Of a DNA stretch of 64,000 nucleotides, positions 21,421 through 31,394 are shown piece by piece. This stretch comes from a virus: positions 32,001-96,000 of the IMG/VR virus record IMGVR_UViG_3300045988_179014. One strand, 5' to 3'. A model generated the notes under the pieces. It was given only the letters and a program-made list of their open reading frames with translations. It was not told where the DNA came from and did not search any database. Both the position numbers and the translations under genes were made by a program. The number at the start of each line of letters is the position of its first letter. Position 1 is the first letter of the stretch.

Positions 21421-21969
21421 CTAGGAAACATCTTCCAGTATTGTCACTGAACTGACATTGGAGTGAATATTTTGGTCTGACACATCATTGTTTATGCTAG
21501 AAACAGTGTTGAGTGCGAAACCTCTGAAACACAATGAACCAATAGCGTGCTTCGTTGCCTCAGTCAATTCTGCATCCTCAACTATCAACTTACGAAAACT
21601 ATCATAACTTGTTTTGTTGCCAACAAAGTATTGATTGATTATGTCATTGGTATTGGCGATAGAGTCAATGGCTTGAACAGGCATTTTCCCATAAGTGTTT
21701 AATGCAGCAAGAATACGTTCTTGTTCAGCTGTAAGAAGAGTTGATGTAGTAGTACCATGAGAGGTCGCGGTTGAACAAGAATTTTGAATTGGTTTTTCTG
21801 CTTTGTTCAATGTCTCGTCCAAATTGTTGGAATAGTTCGTGCTGTTGTTCTCGTCATGAAGATGATGACAAGTTTCCTCTGTTGTTGAACAAGGTTTTAC
21901 TTTTTGGTGATTGTTAGTGTGGTATTTCATCATGTTGCGCCTCCTCTCCATAATATCTTGTTTCGTCAT
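21421..21969 (-). CDS. Hypothetical protein.
   Basis: 182-aa ORF, Asn/Thr-rich, no motif. Confidence 0.35.
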   Translation of the reverse strand: MTKQDIMERRRNMMKYHTNNHQKVKPCSTTEETCHHLHDENNSTNYSNNLDETLNKAEKPIQNSCSTATSHGTTTSTLLTAEQERILAALNTYGKMPVQAIDSIANTNDIINQYFVGNKTSYDSFRKLIVEDAELTEATKHAIGSLCFRGFALNTVSSINNDVSDQNIHSNVSSVTILEDVS

Positions 21970-21975
21970 CTTTAT

Positions 21976-22863
21976 TCATTGTCCAATAGTCATGTCTAAA
22001 ATGATTTTTCCCAAAGATACTAAACTCAATACAAGAAAAGCAGGAACAAAAAGGTAATTCTCTACGGGTCCTCCTGCTTTGATGGGCAGGAAGCGTGTCG
22101 TCCACCAGAATTTTCCTCTTAGAACAGCTGATAAAGGAAACAGAATAGGGGCTCCTGCGGTGGTGAAACAATCCCCTAAAACATGGATGGCGCTCCCAAA
22201 AGCTACCGCAACACCGAGCCACCAGAAATCGGTTTCGACAGGAATATTGGTCATGATAAGCACAGCAATGATAGCTGAAACTGTTAATGCAACTATTTCA
22301 CCTATTGCAACAGATTTCTTGATTTTATCCATTGCCTCTTTCATCAAGGTGGACAATGTCAAATGTACCAGAACAGCAAGAATCAAAAAGGCAAAGAAAG
22401 CCCCCCAAGTAATGTTGCCCAAGAATGGAAGTGTTATGTTGCCTTCAATTCGCGTCAACATCCACACAATGAAACCCAGAAGTAAACACGCAGGAAGAGT
22501 GTGCCATGCTCCTCGGTGTGGATTAGGGTCAGGGTCATCACGTTTGGTGCGAATGGTTGTTTGCAAAACAGTTGATGTAGTTCGGAACAAACCACTGAGA
22601 ACAATACCAAAAGGACCTAAATCACTTTTGGCTCTGGATGATGTGTTGTCAAGGTCAGGGATGAGAACACTCCCTGTAGCGGCAAGAATCGCAGCAGCAA
22701 AAACCCAGCCATTGTGCGTATTGAGAACATTTCCCACAACGCCAGGAACAAAAGCAATACAGGCCAAGGTGATTCCAAGAGCACTGATGGCATGTGTATA
22801 GCCCATGAAACCATCATCAGATTTCGTTCTTGTTCCCATATGGTGCCGTAACAGATGCAACAT
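21976..22863 (-). CDS. Integral membrane protein, DUF457/YdjM-like putative metal-dependent hydrolase.
   Basis: Multi-TM protein with His/Asp-containing loops (GAWHTLPA, HVLGDCFTTAGAPILFPLS). The antisense 240-aa ORF on the plus strand is rejected. Confidence 0.4.
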   Translation of the reverse strand: MLHLLRHHMGTRTKSDDGFMGYTHAISALGITLACIAFVPGVVGNVLNTHNGWVFAAAILAATGSVLIPDLDNTSSRAKSDLGPFGIVLSGLFRTTSTVLQTTIRTKRDDPDPNPHRGAWHTLPACLLLGFIVWMLTRIEGNITLPFLGNITWGAFFAFLILAVLVHLTLSTLMKEAMDKIKKSVAIGEIVALTVSAIIAVLIMTNIPVETDFWWLGVAVAFGSAIHVLGDCFTTAGAPILFPLSAVLRGKFWWTTRFLPIKAGGPVENYLFVPAFLVLSLVSLGKIILDMTIGQ

Positions 22864-22950
22864 TTTTACAACCCTTCTTGTTGTGGGAAAATCATTGGAA
22901 AAATATCACAGAAATAGAATTCCAATTCATCCTGTTTCAACAAGTGTTTA

Positions 22951-25422
22951 TTACATTGTGAATACATCATAGCTTCCCAAAATTACATCCATTGTGAAAT
23001 CCACACCCCTGTATGAACGTTTTACAACAGGTGGAAGGTTTATAGTGTTGTGTGTTGCTCGGGAGACACATGCTGCAACATTTGTACCTGCATAAGCTGT
23101 TACCAGTTTTTCTTCTCCTGGTTTGAAGATTTGAGTTGCTACACCCATTGTGCCTTTCCCTTTAGGCGGAATCTCAGACAACAATGTACGTTTAATAGTT
23201 TTTCCAGAATAAGTCACTATCATATTCTCAGTGTTTTTAAGGGAATCGGCCCAACCAAAACTGATAACTGCATCATCGTCTGATTTCAGCTTCATGCCTC
23301 GCACACCACCAGCTTTGTGTCCAGTTTCTCGAACACTCTTGGCATCAAACACCAAAACATTACCAGCTTTGGAAACGAATACGAAATAGCTCCCTGTCAA
23401 TGCTCTACCAAGCCAACGACAATCCACCACTTCATCTTTTTCGTCCAATGTGATAACTGGAAATTCTTCACGGTTTGGAAAATCACATTTGGAAATTTTC
23501 ACTCCACCATTGCGTGTTCCCAAAGCTAAACCAACATCTGATTTCATTGGGTCTACTTTGGCCATTCCAACAATGTGAACACTTTTATCAAGTTCCAACC
23601 CCAAATCAACAGCATTAACAGCTCTATCAGTGCCCAAGAATGACAGAGGAACTTTGTGCCCTATACCATCACTGCTGACAATAACCAGACTATCTTTGGT
23701 TTTCATCTTGATTTGTTCAACAACTGGAGTGTGAAGAAGTTTTCTGCTGTTGGGTTCATAACCAAATGGGCTTTCGCTTTTCAGGAGTGTACCATTGGCG
23801 AATCGTGTCACATAGCAGGTCAAGTTCTTGTCACCATTACGATTGGCTGCGGCGACTTCTTTTGCTTGAGCTTTCACATCTTCAGAGGTCAGACCCAAGA
23901 TTTTGCTACGACGTGTGTCCCCAATGGTTTTCAACGTGGAGCGAAGGTCAGCATCCACACGCTCAATCAGCTTGTTCGCATCAGACATAACCGCTTGTTC
24001 ATTGGTTTTTTCCGTATCCAATTTCGCTTTCTCTTCTTTGATGGCCAACGAATCTGCTTTGGTAAGCCGACGTAACTGCATGGAAAGAATGTATTCAGCT
24101 TGTTCTTTGCTGATTTTGAAGGTTTTCTGCAATTTGACACATGCAGTCTCCGAAGTGTCAGCTTTACGAATAATGGAAATAGCCTTATCAATGTCAACCA
24201 GTACAGCTAACATTGCGTCCAGTTGTATTAATCGTTCCTCAATCTTACCCAGTCTGTGTTCAGCTTTTTGCATAGTGCAGGTTTTACGGAACTCAATGAA
24301 ACCGCGAAGCATATCCAAAATGGGGGATTGTACTGGATGGTTGTCCAACAGAACCGTATTGTTCACTGAGAATGGAATTTGCAGTGGTGTGGTTTTGAAC
24401 AGCTCATTGATTACTTGTAAATGGTTTGACCCTTGAGTGGTTTCAAACACCAACCGTAATCCGTGTTTCATATCAGTCAAATCTTTTACTGATGAAATGC
24501 CTTTTGTCAGCTTTTCGTTGGCAGGAACACTGACTTTCTTTCCACGTACTGTTTTCTCTTGTGAGGTTCTCAATTCAGACACTTTGGTCATGACTTGTTC
24601 TGCTGACACTCCATAAGGAAGTTCATGGAAAATGATTTTTACACGTCCGCGAGTCAAATGTTCAATTTTGTAACGTGCACGAATAATAAACCTGCCATTG
24701 CCAGTTTCATAATAGTTTTTGATTCCATCTATCTCCAGAATCTCCCCACCTGTTGGAAAATCAGGACCAGGCATTATTTTGAGCAATTCGTCAACAGTCA
24801 ATTCCGGATTGTGCAGTAGAGCAATACAGGCTTCCATGACCTCTGTGGGATTATGGCTTGGTATTTTGGATGCAAAACCAACGGCGAGTCCTTGTGTACC
24901 GTTGATGATGTCATTTGGCCAACGAACGGGAAGCAGTACAGGTTCCACTTTGGTTCCATCAAAATTGGGAACCAACTCAACAGCTCCTTCTTTGCTTTCT
25001 TGAAGAAGCTCCATTGCCGCTTTAGTGAGTCTGGCTTCCCAGTACCGTGGAGCGGCTGGTTTGTCACCTGTTACGAAACCTACTGTTCCCGATGGCTCAA
25101 TCAACGGAACACGGAGAGAGAAGTTCTGGGCCATTCGTGCCAAAGCGTCCGAGATTGAAGCATCACCATGAGGGTGGTAATTGTTGGCATCAGATGCAAC
25201 AATCTGAGCTTTCTTGTGACTAGAGTTGGGACCCAAACCTGAATCATACATGCTCCACAAAATACGACGATTAACAGGCTTCAATCCATCCTCAGCCAAT
25301 AATGCTCGGTCACGGATGGTGTAAAGAGCATAAACAATGTACTCATTAGGTAACCACTCATGTACTGGTTGACGAACAATTTCAGCAGCAATTTGATTTG
25401 TGGTCTTTTTCTCTTTAGCCAT
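22951..25422 (-). CDS. Type IIA DNA topoisomerase subunit A (GyrA/ParC-like).
   Basis: N-terminal DGLKPVNRRILW...YHPHGDASISDALARMAQNFS matches the GyrA breakage-reunion domain. 823 aa. No subunit B gene in this window. Confidence 0.85.
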   Translation of the reverse strand: MAKEKKTTNQIAAEIVRQPVHEWLPNEYIVYALYTIRDRALLAEDGLKPVNRRILWSMYDSGLGPNSSHKKAQIVASDANNYHPHGDASISDALARMAQNFSLRVPLIEPSGTVGFVTGDKPAAPRYWEARLTKAAMELLQESKEGAVELVPNFDGTKVEPVLLPVRWPNDIINGTQGLAVGFASKIPSHNPTEVMEACIALLHNPELTVDELLKIMPGPDFPTGGEILEIDGIKNYYETGNGRFIIRARYKIEHLTRGRVKIIFHELPYGVSAEQVMTKVSELRTSQEKTVRGKKVSVPANEKLTKGISSVKDLTDMKHGLRLVFETTQGSNHLQVINELFKTTPLQIPFSVNNTVLLDNHPVQSPILDMLRGFIEFRKTCTMQKAEHRLGKIEERLIQLDAMLAVLVDIDKAISIIRKADTSETACVKLQKTFKISKEQAEYILSMQLRRLTKADSLAIKEEKAKLDTEKTNEQAVMSDANKLIERVDADLRSTLKTIGDTRRSKILGLTSEDVKAQAKEVAAANRNGDKNLTCYVTRFANGTLLKSESPFGYEPNSRKLLHTPVVEQIKMKTKDSLVIVSSDGIGHKVPLSFLGTDRAVNAVDLGLELDKSVHIVGMAKVDPMKSDVGLALGTRNGGVKISKCDFPNREEFPVITLDEKDEVVDCRWLGRALTGSYFVFVSKAGNVLVFDAKSVRETGHKAGGVRGMKLKSDDDAVISFGWADSLKNTENMIVTYSGKTIKRTLLSEIPPKGKGTMGVATQIFKPGEEKLVTAYAGTNVAACVSRATHNTINLPPVVKRSYRGVDFTMDVILGSYDVFTM

Positions 25423-26088
25423 TCTTTCTCCATCGGATTATGCTCTGGTGTCAAACAACTCTAGTATTTTATCGAAAACAGCTTCCAACAGGACAAAACA
25501 ACCCAATACAGCCAGCAACGAAAAGCTCTCCTGTAACGCCCCTTGAATAGGTCAGATTCCACCTAGCTTATTCAGGGGCGTTTTTCGTGTTTTCAGGAAA
25601 TTTTACATGAAATCCTTGTTTATGATACCTACATCAGGAAGCAACAAAATCTTGCTTAAAACGACTCCTGATGTGCTTGGACAAGAACGTGTCAAACGTG
25701 TATTTCAAAAACATGGTAGATACCCAGAAAACGAAATAACCACTAATGAAGAAAAATTAAAACAACCATATGGTATTGAGTATGTCATATGAATTGTGAT
25801 TACACATTCATGAATACACAGTGAATCATGTCACAATCAAAAAATGGATGGCGACTGGTTTGTTTGTTGGTTTGCAAGGTTTTATCCTGTTTATTGTCTT
25901 GAACCAATTCGATTGACTAAGACAATTCAAATAAGTTCGTAAAGAACAGTAAAACTTGTGTACACATTCAACAATCAATGATGTAATATACAAAGTATTA
26001 ACAATTTGGAACGTCATGTGTATGGAAACAGAATGTTCATAAATTCCAAACAATGAACAACAAACTGGTTGTATTGTCACGAATGGTT

Positions 26089-26577
26089 TCAGCGGAAGTC
26101 ACGCATAGCATCCAAATTCAAACCGCTGGATAAACATGGTTGCACATTTGGTTTGTCTTCAACCACTGTGCCCAACATTGAAACCATCAAACTAGGAGGC
26201 ATGCCATTACTGCTTTCACGGAAAACTTCCATCAAATCGTTAGCACTCAAACGAAGGCCTTCTTGAGCTGCATTCTCCAAACCAGAAACCGCTTCTTTCA
26301 ACTCGGTTTCATCCACATCCAATGAATCCAACAGAAACAAAACAACATGTAGTGGCTGAACATATGGTGACAATTTATTAACAAACTGAACAAGCCCACT
26401 GGGTATTAGTCCATCAATAATTCGCAAACTGTCACGTTGTTCCAAGAGCTGTGATTCCTGCCCACTGATAGGAGAAGCAGGCGTTCCTTGTTCAATCAAT
26501 TTACGAAGAAAAACAGGTCGTAATTCTAGTTCGCTGAAATCATTCATGTTATTTGCCTTCTTGTTTTCTATCGGCAA
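26089..26577 (-). CDS. Hypothetical protein.
   Basis: 162-aa ORF. Confidence 0.4.
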   Translation of the reverse strand: MPIENKKANNMNDFSELELRPVFLRKLIEQGTPASPISGQESQLLEQRDSLRIIDGLIPSGLVQFVNKLSPYVQPLHVVLFLLDSLDVDETELKEAVSGLENAAQEGLRLSANDLMEVFRESSNGMPPSLMVSMLGTVVEDKPNVQPCLSSGLNLDAMRDFR

Positions 26578-26592
26578 ATATCAATGCTGAAA

Positions 26593-27165
26593 TCAGTCGA
26601 AGTTCTTAGAAACCCAATTCATGACATCACTCATGGAAAATCCGCGTCCCACCAAATGCCGTACAGCTTTTTGTCGTGCTTTAACTGTATCCAATTTTTG
26701 AAATGATGATGAATGAAGAAGTTTGCTCCCCACCCTGTTCAAAGCATCCAGTTCCGCTTCCTCATCTTTCAACACTTCATCCAAAGCATGATTGACTTGC
26801 TCCATGCTGAACTTTTGCTCATAAAGTTTGGAACGTATGACTGTTGCGCCTTTACCCTGTCTCAACAATGATTCCGCTCTATTGATTGCCAAAGAAAAAT
26901 CATCCAGAATCAGCAGGTCTTTCAACTTTTGGATACACTCTTCCACCATGTCATGTGATGTTGTGGTCCCATCAGATTGAGCAACTGATACTGATTCTTT
27001 TGGATAACCTTTCATATAGAGTTTTTCCCGAATTTGGTTACTGTTGCGACCATAATTCATTGTGTAGTATAAAGCGCTATTGTAGGCATGGCGACTCAAT
27101 TCATCATATTCTTCCAATGCCAATGGCCGGTCAAATAGAACATGTACTTTCTTGGCTCTTTTCAT
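26593..27165 (-). CDS. RecX-like regulatory protein.
   Basis: Helical-repeat sequence ALYYTMNYGRNSNQIREKLYMKGYPKESV resembles RecX three-helix repeats. It lies near radA. Confidence 0.4.
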   Translation of the reverse strand: MKRAKKVHVLFDRPLALEEYDELSRHAYNSALYYTMNYGRNSNQIREKLYMKGYPKESVSVAQSDGTTTSHDMVEECIQKLKDLLILDDFSLAINRAESLLRQGKGATVIRSKLYEQKFSMEQVNHALDEVLKDEEAELDALNRVGSKLLHSSSFQKLDTVKARQKAVRHLVGRGFSMSDVMNWVSKNFD

Positions 27166-27185
27166 GTTTTCATTTTCTCAAACAT

Positions 27186-27482
27186 TCACGACACTTTGGT
27201 CAGTTCATCCTGAAATGTAGCAGAAACATGTCCATGGCGTATTTTCTCAACTTGGTTACTGACAACTTGGGGGTCAAATGTTGGAGGGTTGGTATCAGAC
27301 AAACCCATAATGAAACCAATAACAAACAACACCAAAACATAAACTACAGGAATAACAATCCCTATAATCAAAACACGGCGCAGAAGCTTTTCTTTACGAT
27401 AAATGATGTTATCATTGTCAACAGATGTGGATACAGTATCAACATCAACAGTAGAAGACGAATGCTGTATAGAAGAATCCAT
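27186..27482 (-). CDS. Small membrane protein.
   Basis: 98 aa with one long TM segment. Confidence 0.35.
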   Translation of the reverse strand: MDSSIQHSSSTVDVDTVSTSVDNDNIIYRKEKLLRRVLIIGIVIPVVYVLVLFVIGFIMGLSDTNPPTFDPQVVSNQVEKIRHGHVSATFQDELTKVS

Positions 27483-27662
27483 TACAGTGAACCTCCAATG
27501 ATTGGTTACTGTTTAAACATATCCACCACATCATTTAGCAGTCAGTCGTATTTGTGCCTAATACCAAAACATTACAGCAGTTATTGGTTCTCAAGATGAC
27601 TTTGAATAGTCAGAAACCAGTTACAATCAAATGTTGGCACACTCGATTGTTTCGTTGTATAT

Positions 27663-28655
27663 TTATAGTAGTTCCACGCCTTTTAGCAGAACTTCAGTTT
27701 CAGGTTGAGCTGCAAACGCTTCCTGCATCTTTGCATACGGTTTGACCATCGCTTGAGGACAGGCACGAACCAAAGGACACCAACTGCAAAGAAAAGATGG
27801 ACTGAACTCAAACCAATTCGTTTCAATCATGTTGTCAAGACGGGTGTCAGCTTCCTCAACATTTTTGATAACCCGTTGCATCAATGCCTCATCAGTACAG
27901 TCAACATTCACAATTGTTCGTGCTACAGGGTAAATGAGTCGTGCTCCACTCACCTGAATCCCGTGTTGTTCCAGCAGCATTTTGTACATCAACTGTTGGC
28001 GCTGCTCAGCCAAACCCTCCTCAGATTTTGTTGTAGGGTTCCATCGCTTTGCCTTGCTCCCAGTTTTCCAGTCTTCAATGAGAACTGAACCATCATTCTT
28101 TCGAACATCCAACACCAAACGGTCCACAAACCCCACCACAGGTCGTTTTGCAGTCCCAATAGTCCCTTTGACGAAAACTTCCAAACCTTTCTGTACTGTA
28201 TCGGTTTTGTCTCCAATGGCAATATTGGCCACAATCACTTTTTGAGGGTCCCCACCCATTCTGTAATACCCATTCACAGCTTCACGGACCCAATTCAGTA
28301 CATCTTTATTGTCACGCAAATCCCTGAAATCATCACTGTCCAATGTTGCAGTTACCAGTTCTTTCACTTGAGCTTTGGTGCGCTGTTCAGGCTCCAATGC
28401 GAACAAATCTTCCATTATCTTGTGGAAAATGGACCCACGACGTGCAGCTGTATCTGACAATTCCTCAATAATCTCATCCTTGACAAAAGATTCAAACAAC
28501 CAGCGAGCAGCACAACTGGTTTCACCTACCAAAGCTGTTACCAACGAAGCGGAAAGATTCTTTTTCTCTAGTTTGTCAGACACTTTCTGTGATAATACAT
28601 GCAAACCGTGTTCATCCATAGACACCAAGGGCAAAGGGTTAAGAACGTCTTTCAT
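27663..28655 (-). CDS. PD-(D/E)XK nuclease of the Cas4/RecB-exonuclease type with an Fe-S cysteine cluster.
   Basis: Motif D...IEDWKTG (D-x-EDWK). N-terminal Cys (ETSCAAR) plus C-terminal CSWCPLVRAC cysteines, typical of a Cas4-like 4Fe-4S arrangement. Confidence 0.6.
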   Translation of the reverse strand: MKDVLNPLPLVSMDEHGLHVLSQKVSDKLEKKNLSASLVTALVGETSCAARWLFESFVKDEIIEELSDTAARRGSIFHKIMEDLFALEPEQRTKAQVKELVTATLDSDDFRDLRDNKDVLNWVREAVNGYYRMGGDPQKVIVANIAIGDKTDTVQKGLEVFVKGTIGTAKRPVVGFVDRLVLDVRKNDGSVLIEDWKTGSKAKRWNPTTKSEEGLAEQRQQLMYKMLLEQHGIQVSGARLIYPVARTIVNVDCTDEALMQRVIKNVEEADTRLDNMIETNWFEFSPSFLCSWCPLVRACPQAMVKPYAKMQEAFAAQPETEVLLKGVELL

Positions 28656-28921
28656 ACCAACATTTTACCTGCTGCAAACACCTAAACTAGCAAAAACCTC
28701 CATTTAATGAGCGTATTTGCTGCCCAATGTTCTTTCTTAAAGATTGTAGATAGTCAATGCCGACCGAACCACATACTCGTTTCATATGTTGTTGGAAAAC
28801 AAATGCAAATTAGCAGTATTCACCAATCCGAGAATAAGTTGTTTCATGTCATCAGATTCGTATTGTGAATAATTAGGAGAATTAGCAACATATCACTATG
28901 AATAACGAATTCAGTTATTTA

Positions 28922-29659
28922 CTATGCCAAAGTAATCAAAACGACTGTGAGCAAATTATAGGTCACGTGTAACGCATATGATGGATAAATGGAATCCGTC
29001 TTCCACAGAAACAATCCTGTCACCAAACCCATGACAGTACTCCATGCGATGACGAAAAAATCGCTAACCGTTGAGAACCCTTGAGTGTGAGCCAAACCAA
29101 ATGCCACTGAAGAAACAATTAAACCAACAATAGCGCCCTTTTTCTTATCACTGAAAGAATCCTGAACAAACCCCATTGTGTAGCCACGGAAGAAAACCTC
29201 TTCAACGAATGGTACAACAATTGGAGCCACCAGAAGCATGATGAAATAACGCCAGAAGCCATCCAACTGACCAATAGAAGCGGATGTATTACTGGATGCC
29301 AACGAAACACCCATACTCTTCAACACAATCGCAATACATTGAAGCAAAACTAGCATGAAAACACCAGCAAAAGCTCCAAACATGATAGTTTTCCACTGGA
29401 AGTTCTGAATTCTTAGTTTTTGTTTCCAATCAGAGACGACCTCAGCTGTATTCAAGCCAACATAAATAACCAGTACTTCAGCTGCAACAGTGGCTATAAC
29501 CGCTGTTCCTACATTGAGCATGTTTAAAATTGCAAACGGAACAACCATAACCGCGCTTGTCAATAAAAGCATTGGTAATGAAAAAAGGCCCAACAATCTG
29601 TTACGCATTGCATAATCTTTCACCACAACAACACGTGGCTCCTGAAGAGGTTCGCTCAT
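28922..29659 (-). CDS. CPBP-family (CAAX) intramembrane metalloprotease.
   Basis: Motifs EEVFFRG and FGLAH in a multi-TM protein. Confidence 0.65.
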   Translation of the reverse strand: MSEPLQEPRVVVVKDYAMRNRLLGLFSLPMLLLTSAVMVVPFAILNMLNVGTAVIATVAAEVLVIYVGLNTAEVVSDWKQKLRIQNFQWKTIMFGAFAGVFMLVLLQCIAIVLKSMGVSLASSNTSASIGQLDGFWRYFIMLLVAPIVVPFVEEVFFRGYTMGFVQDSFSDKKKGAIVGLIVSSVAFGLAHTQGFSTVSDFFVIAWSTVMGLVTGLFLWKTDSIYPSYALHVTYNLLTVVLITLA

Positions 29660-30206
29660 ATTCCTCGTACACCTTTCCTATGGATGAAACCACTGTACCC
29701 TGAACACACGGGTTTCATCATCTACCATCCTAGTTTATCAGGAACACAACAATTCAACCAACACAGAAACCATGAATGCAAACACAAACCCAAACAAGTA
29801 TGAGAAAAGCAACAAGAGTCCATGCGCTGTCAACCAACACCTAAAAAAGAGAACGTTGAGTCATTTAATCGGGTAAACATGACGTAACACCAACAATATA
29901 CAATCTAATAGCAAATTACATCAAAGATTAACCAACATGGAAACAAAACAAGTATGCGAATACGATTCGAGCTTGTGAAGGCGTGAACCTACTTTGACAA
30001 CGGAATTTGAGGACTGTGAGAATCAAGTAATTGTTAGTAGTGGATTAACAAGTGGTCAAAACAAGCAACAACTACATTGACCAAAAGATGAAACTCTCTA
30101 GTCAGATTGCTTTTACTTCTATGGGGAGGACACAATGATAAATACAACCCAAATAAGAACAACATCAAGTAATAAGTGTTGATTCATTCAGTTGTGTAGC
30201 ATTCAA

Positions 30207-31313
30207 TCAGTCATTGTTTTCAGCTATCAGGTCTTCTAGTTCCATGTCCCACGAATCCTCAGGACGGGAGAAGTCCTTCTTTTCCCCAAGACCCAACTCT
30301 GGTCTTCCCAGCTTGTCTTCAGAAGCGTCAGCTGTCACATCATCATTGAGACCGAATTCCTCCAAATCCAACTCGTCATCATCCATGTTGTTGGATTCCT
30401 CTTGACGGATTTGTTCAATCACGGAAGAATTGTCAACACCTTCCCGTGAATCCAAATCACCTTCCTCAAATTGAGACATGTCAACAACAGTAGCAAGTTT
30501 GGAACGCTTCTTACTGATAGGAGTTCCATCCGGGTTAAGTCCTTTACGGGCCAAATATTCATCAATCCAAGCTGGGTCAGCAAAAAGCCCTTGACCATGA
30601 TTACCAACACCATAAATACTAAGATAAAGACGGCCACGTGGGTTGGCTCTTACACGTAACCCCTCACTATTACCCAGAATCATGAGAGAAGCGTTGGTGT
30701 CAGTTCGTCCACAGTTGATACGTACACCCAAGTTGGCTTTGGTTTCACCTTTGAGAATCGTGGCATCAGGACGCTGAGTGGCAACAACAAGATGAACCCC
30801 AGCAGCACGACCAAGACGGGCAATGGAACCAAGAATCATGGCTGCTTCGCCTTTCAACTCATCATTGGCTTTACCTTCTTCGGTTTTCACTCCTTCAGGT
30901 GAGAGGAGCTCCCCCATTTCATCAACCATGACCATAAGCGCTTGCCCCTTTTCTGGCAGGTCGAGGAAGTTCTTGATTCCAAGTTGTTCCATCTCAGAAT
31001 AGCGTTTCATCATGGTCTGCTGTGCGAAACGCAATACCGTCAAAGCATCCTCCAGAGTAGTGGCAACACCTAAAACCACATTGCTGTAGGCACGAAAATC
31101 GCTTAGTTCCACTCGTTTGAGGTCAATTCCCAAGAACCGCCAATGTTCTGGACGAAGAATACACCCAAGAACAATGTTTCGTTGAACAACCGAATTGTGG
31201 GTTATCACTGAATGCCCATCATCACCACCCGCAGCGAACAACCGGTCTGGACTGTCCACGGAAATACAGCGTGATGGTACAGGGGTGATTTCTCGGGCTG
31301 ATTTTATTCGCAC
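30207..31313 (-). CDS. FtsK/SpoIIIE-like DNA translocase domain protein with a degenerate P-loop.
   Basis: LVVATQRPDATILKGETKANLGVRINCGRT and MVMVDEMGEL match the FtsK motor. The Walker A position reads AAGGDDGHSV, so the lysine is lost. Confidence 0.55.
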   Translation of the reverse strand: MRIKSAREITPVPSRCISVDSPDRLFAAGGDDGHSVITHNSVVQRNIVLGCILRPEHWRFLGIDLKRVELSDFRAYSNVVLGVATTLEDALTVLRFAQQTMMKRYSEMEQLGIKNFLDLPEKGQALMVMVDEMGELLSPEGVKTEEGKANDELKGEAAMILGSIARLGRAAGVHLVVATQRPDATILKGETKANLGVRINCGRTDTNASLMILGNSEGLRVRANPRGRLYLSIYGVGNHGQGLFADPAWIDEYLARKGLNPDGTPISKKRSKLATVVDMSQFEEGDLDSREGVDNSSVIEQIRQEESNNMDDDELDLEEFGLNDDVTADASEDKLGRPELGLGEKKDFSRPEDSWDMELEDLIAENND

Positions 31314-31394
31314 AGAAAATCCTCGTTTCAGATTTTGTCAGGATTCCAATGCCTCAAATATCAACGAATTCTTCTAATTGTTTTGATTTGTGTT

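Noticed and set aside
22079-22801. 240-aa plus-strand ORF.
   Set aside because: Antisense to the multi-TM DUF457-like gene. The translation is R/K-rich and non-globular, and all neighbouring genes are on the minus strand.
25500-25600. Imperfect inverted repeat acgccccttgaatagg...cttattcaggggcgt with a T-run upstream of the small plus ORF 25607-25792.
   Set aside because: It could be a plus-strand terminator or a regulatory hairpin in the gyrA-like promoter region. The evidence is ambiguous and the small ORF is unsupported.
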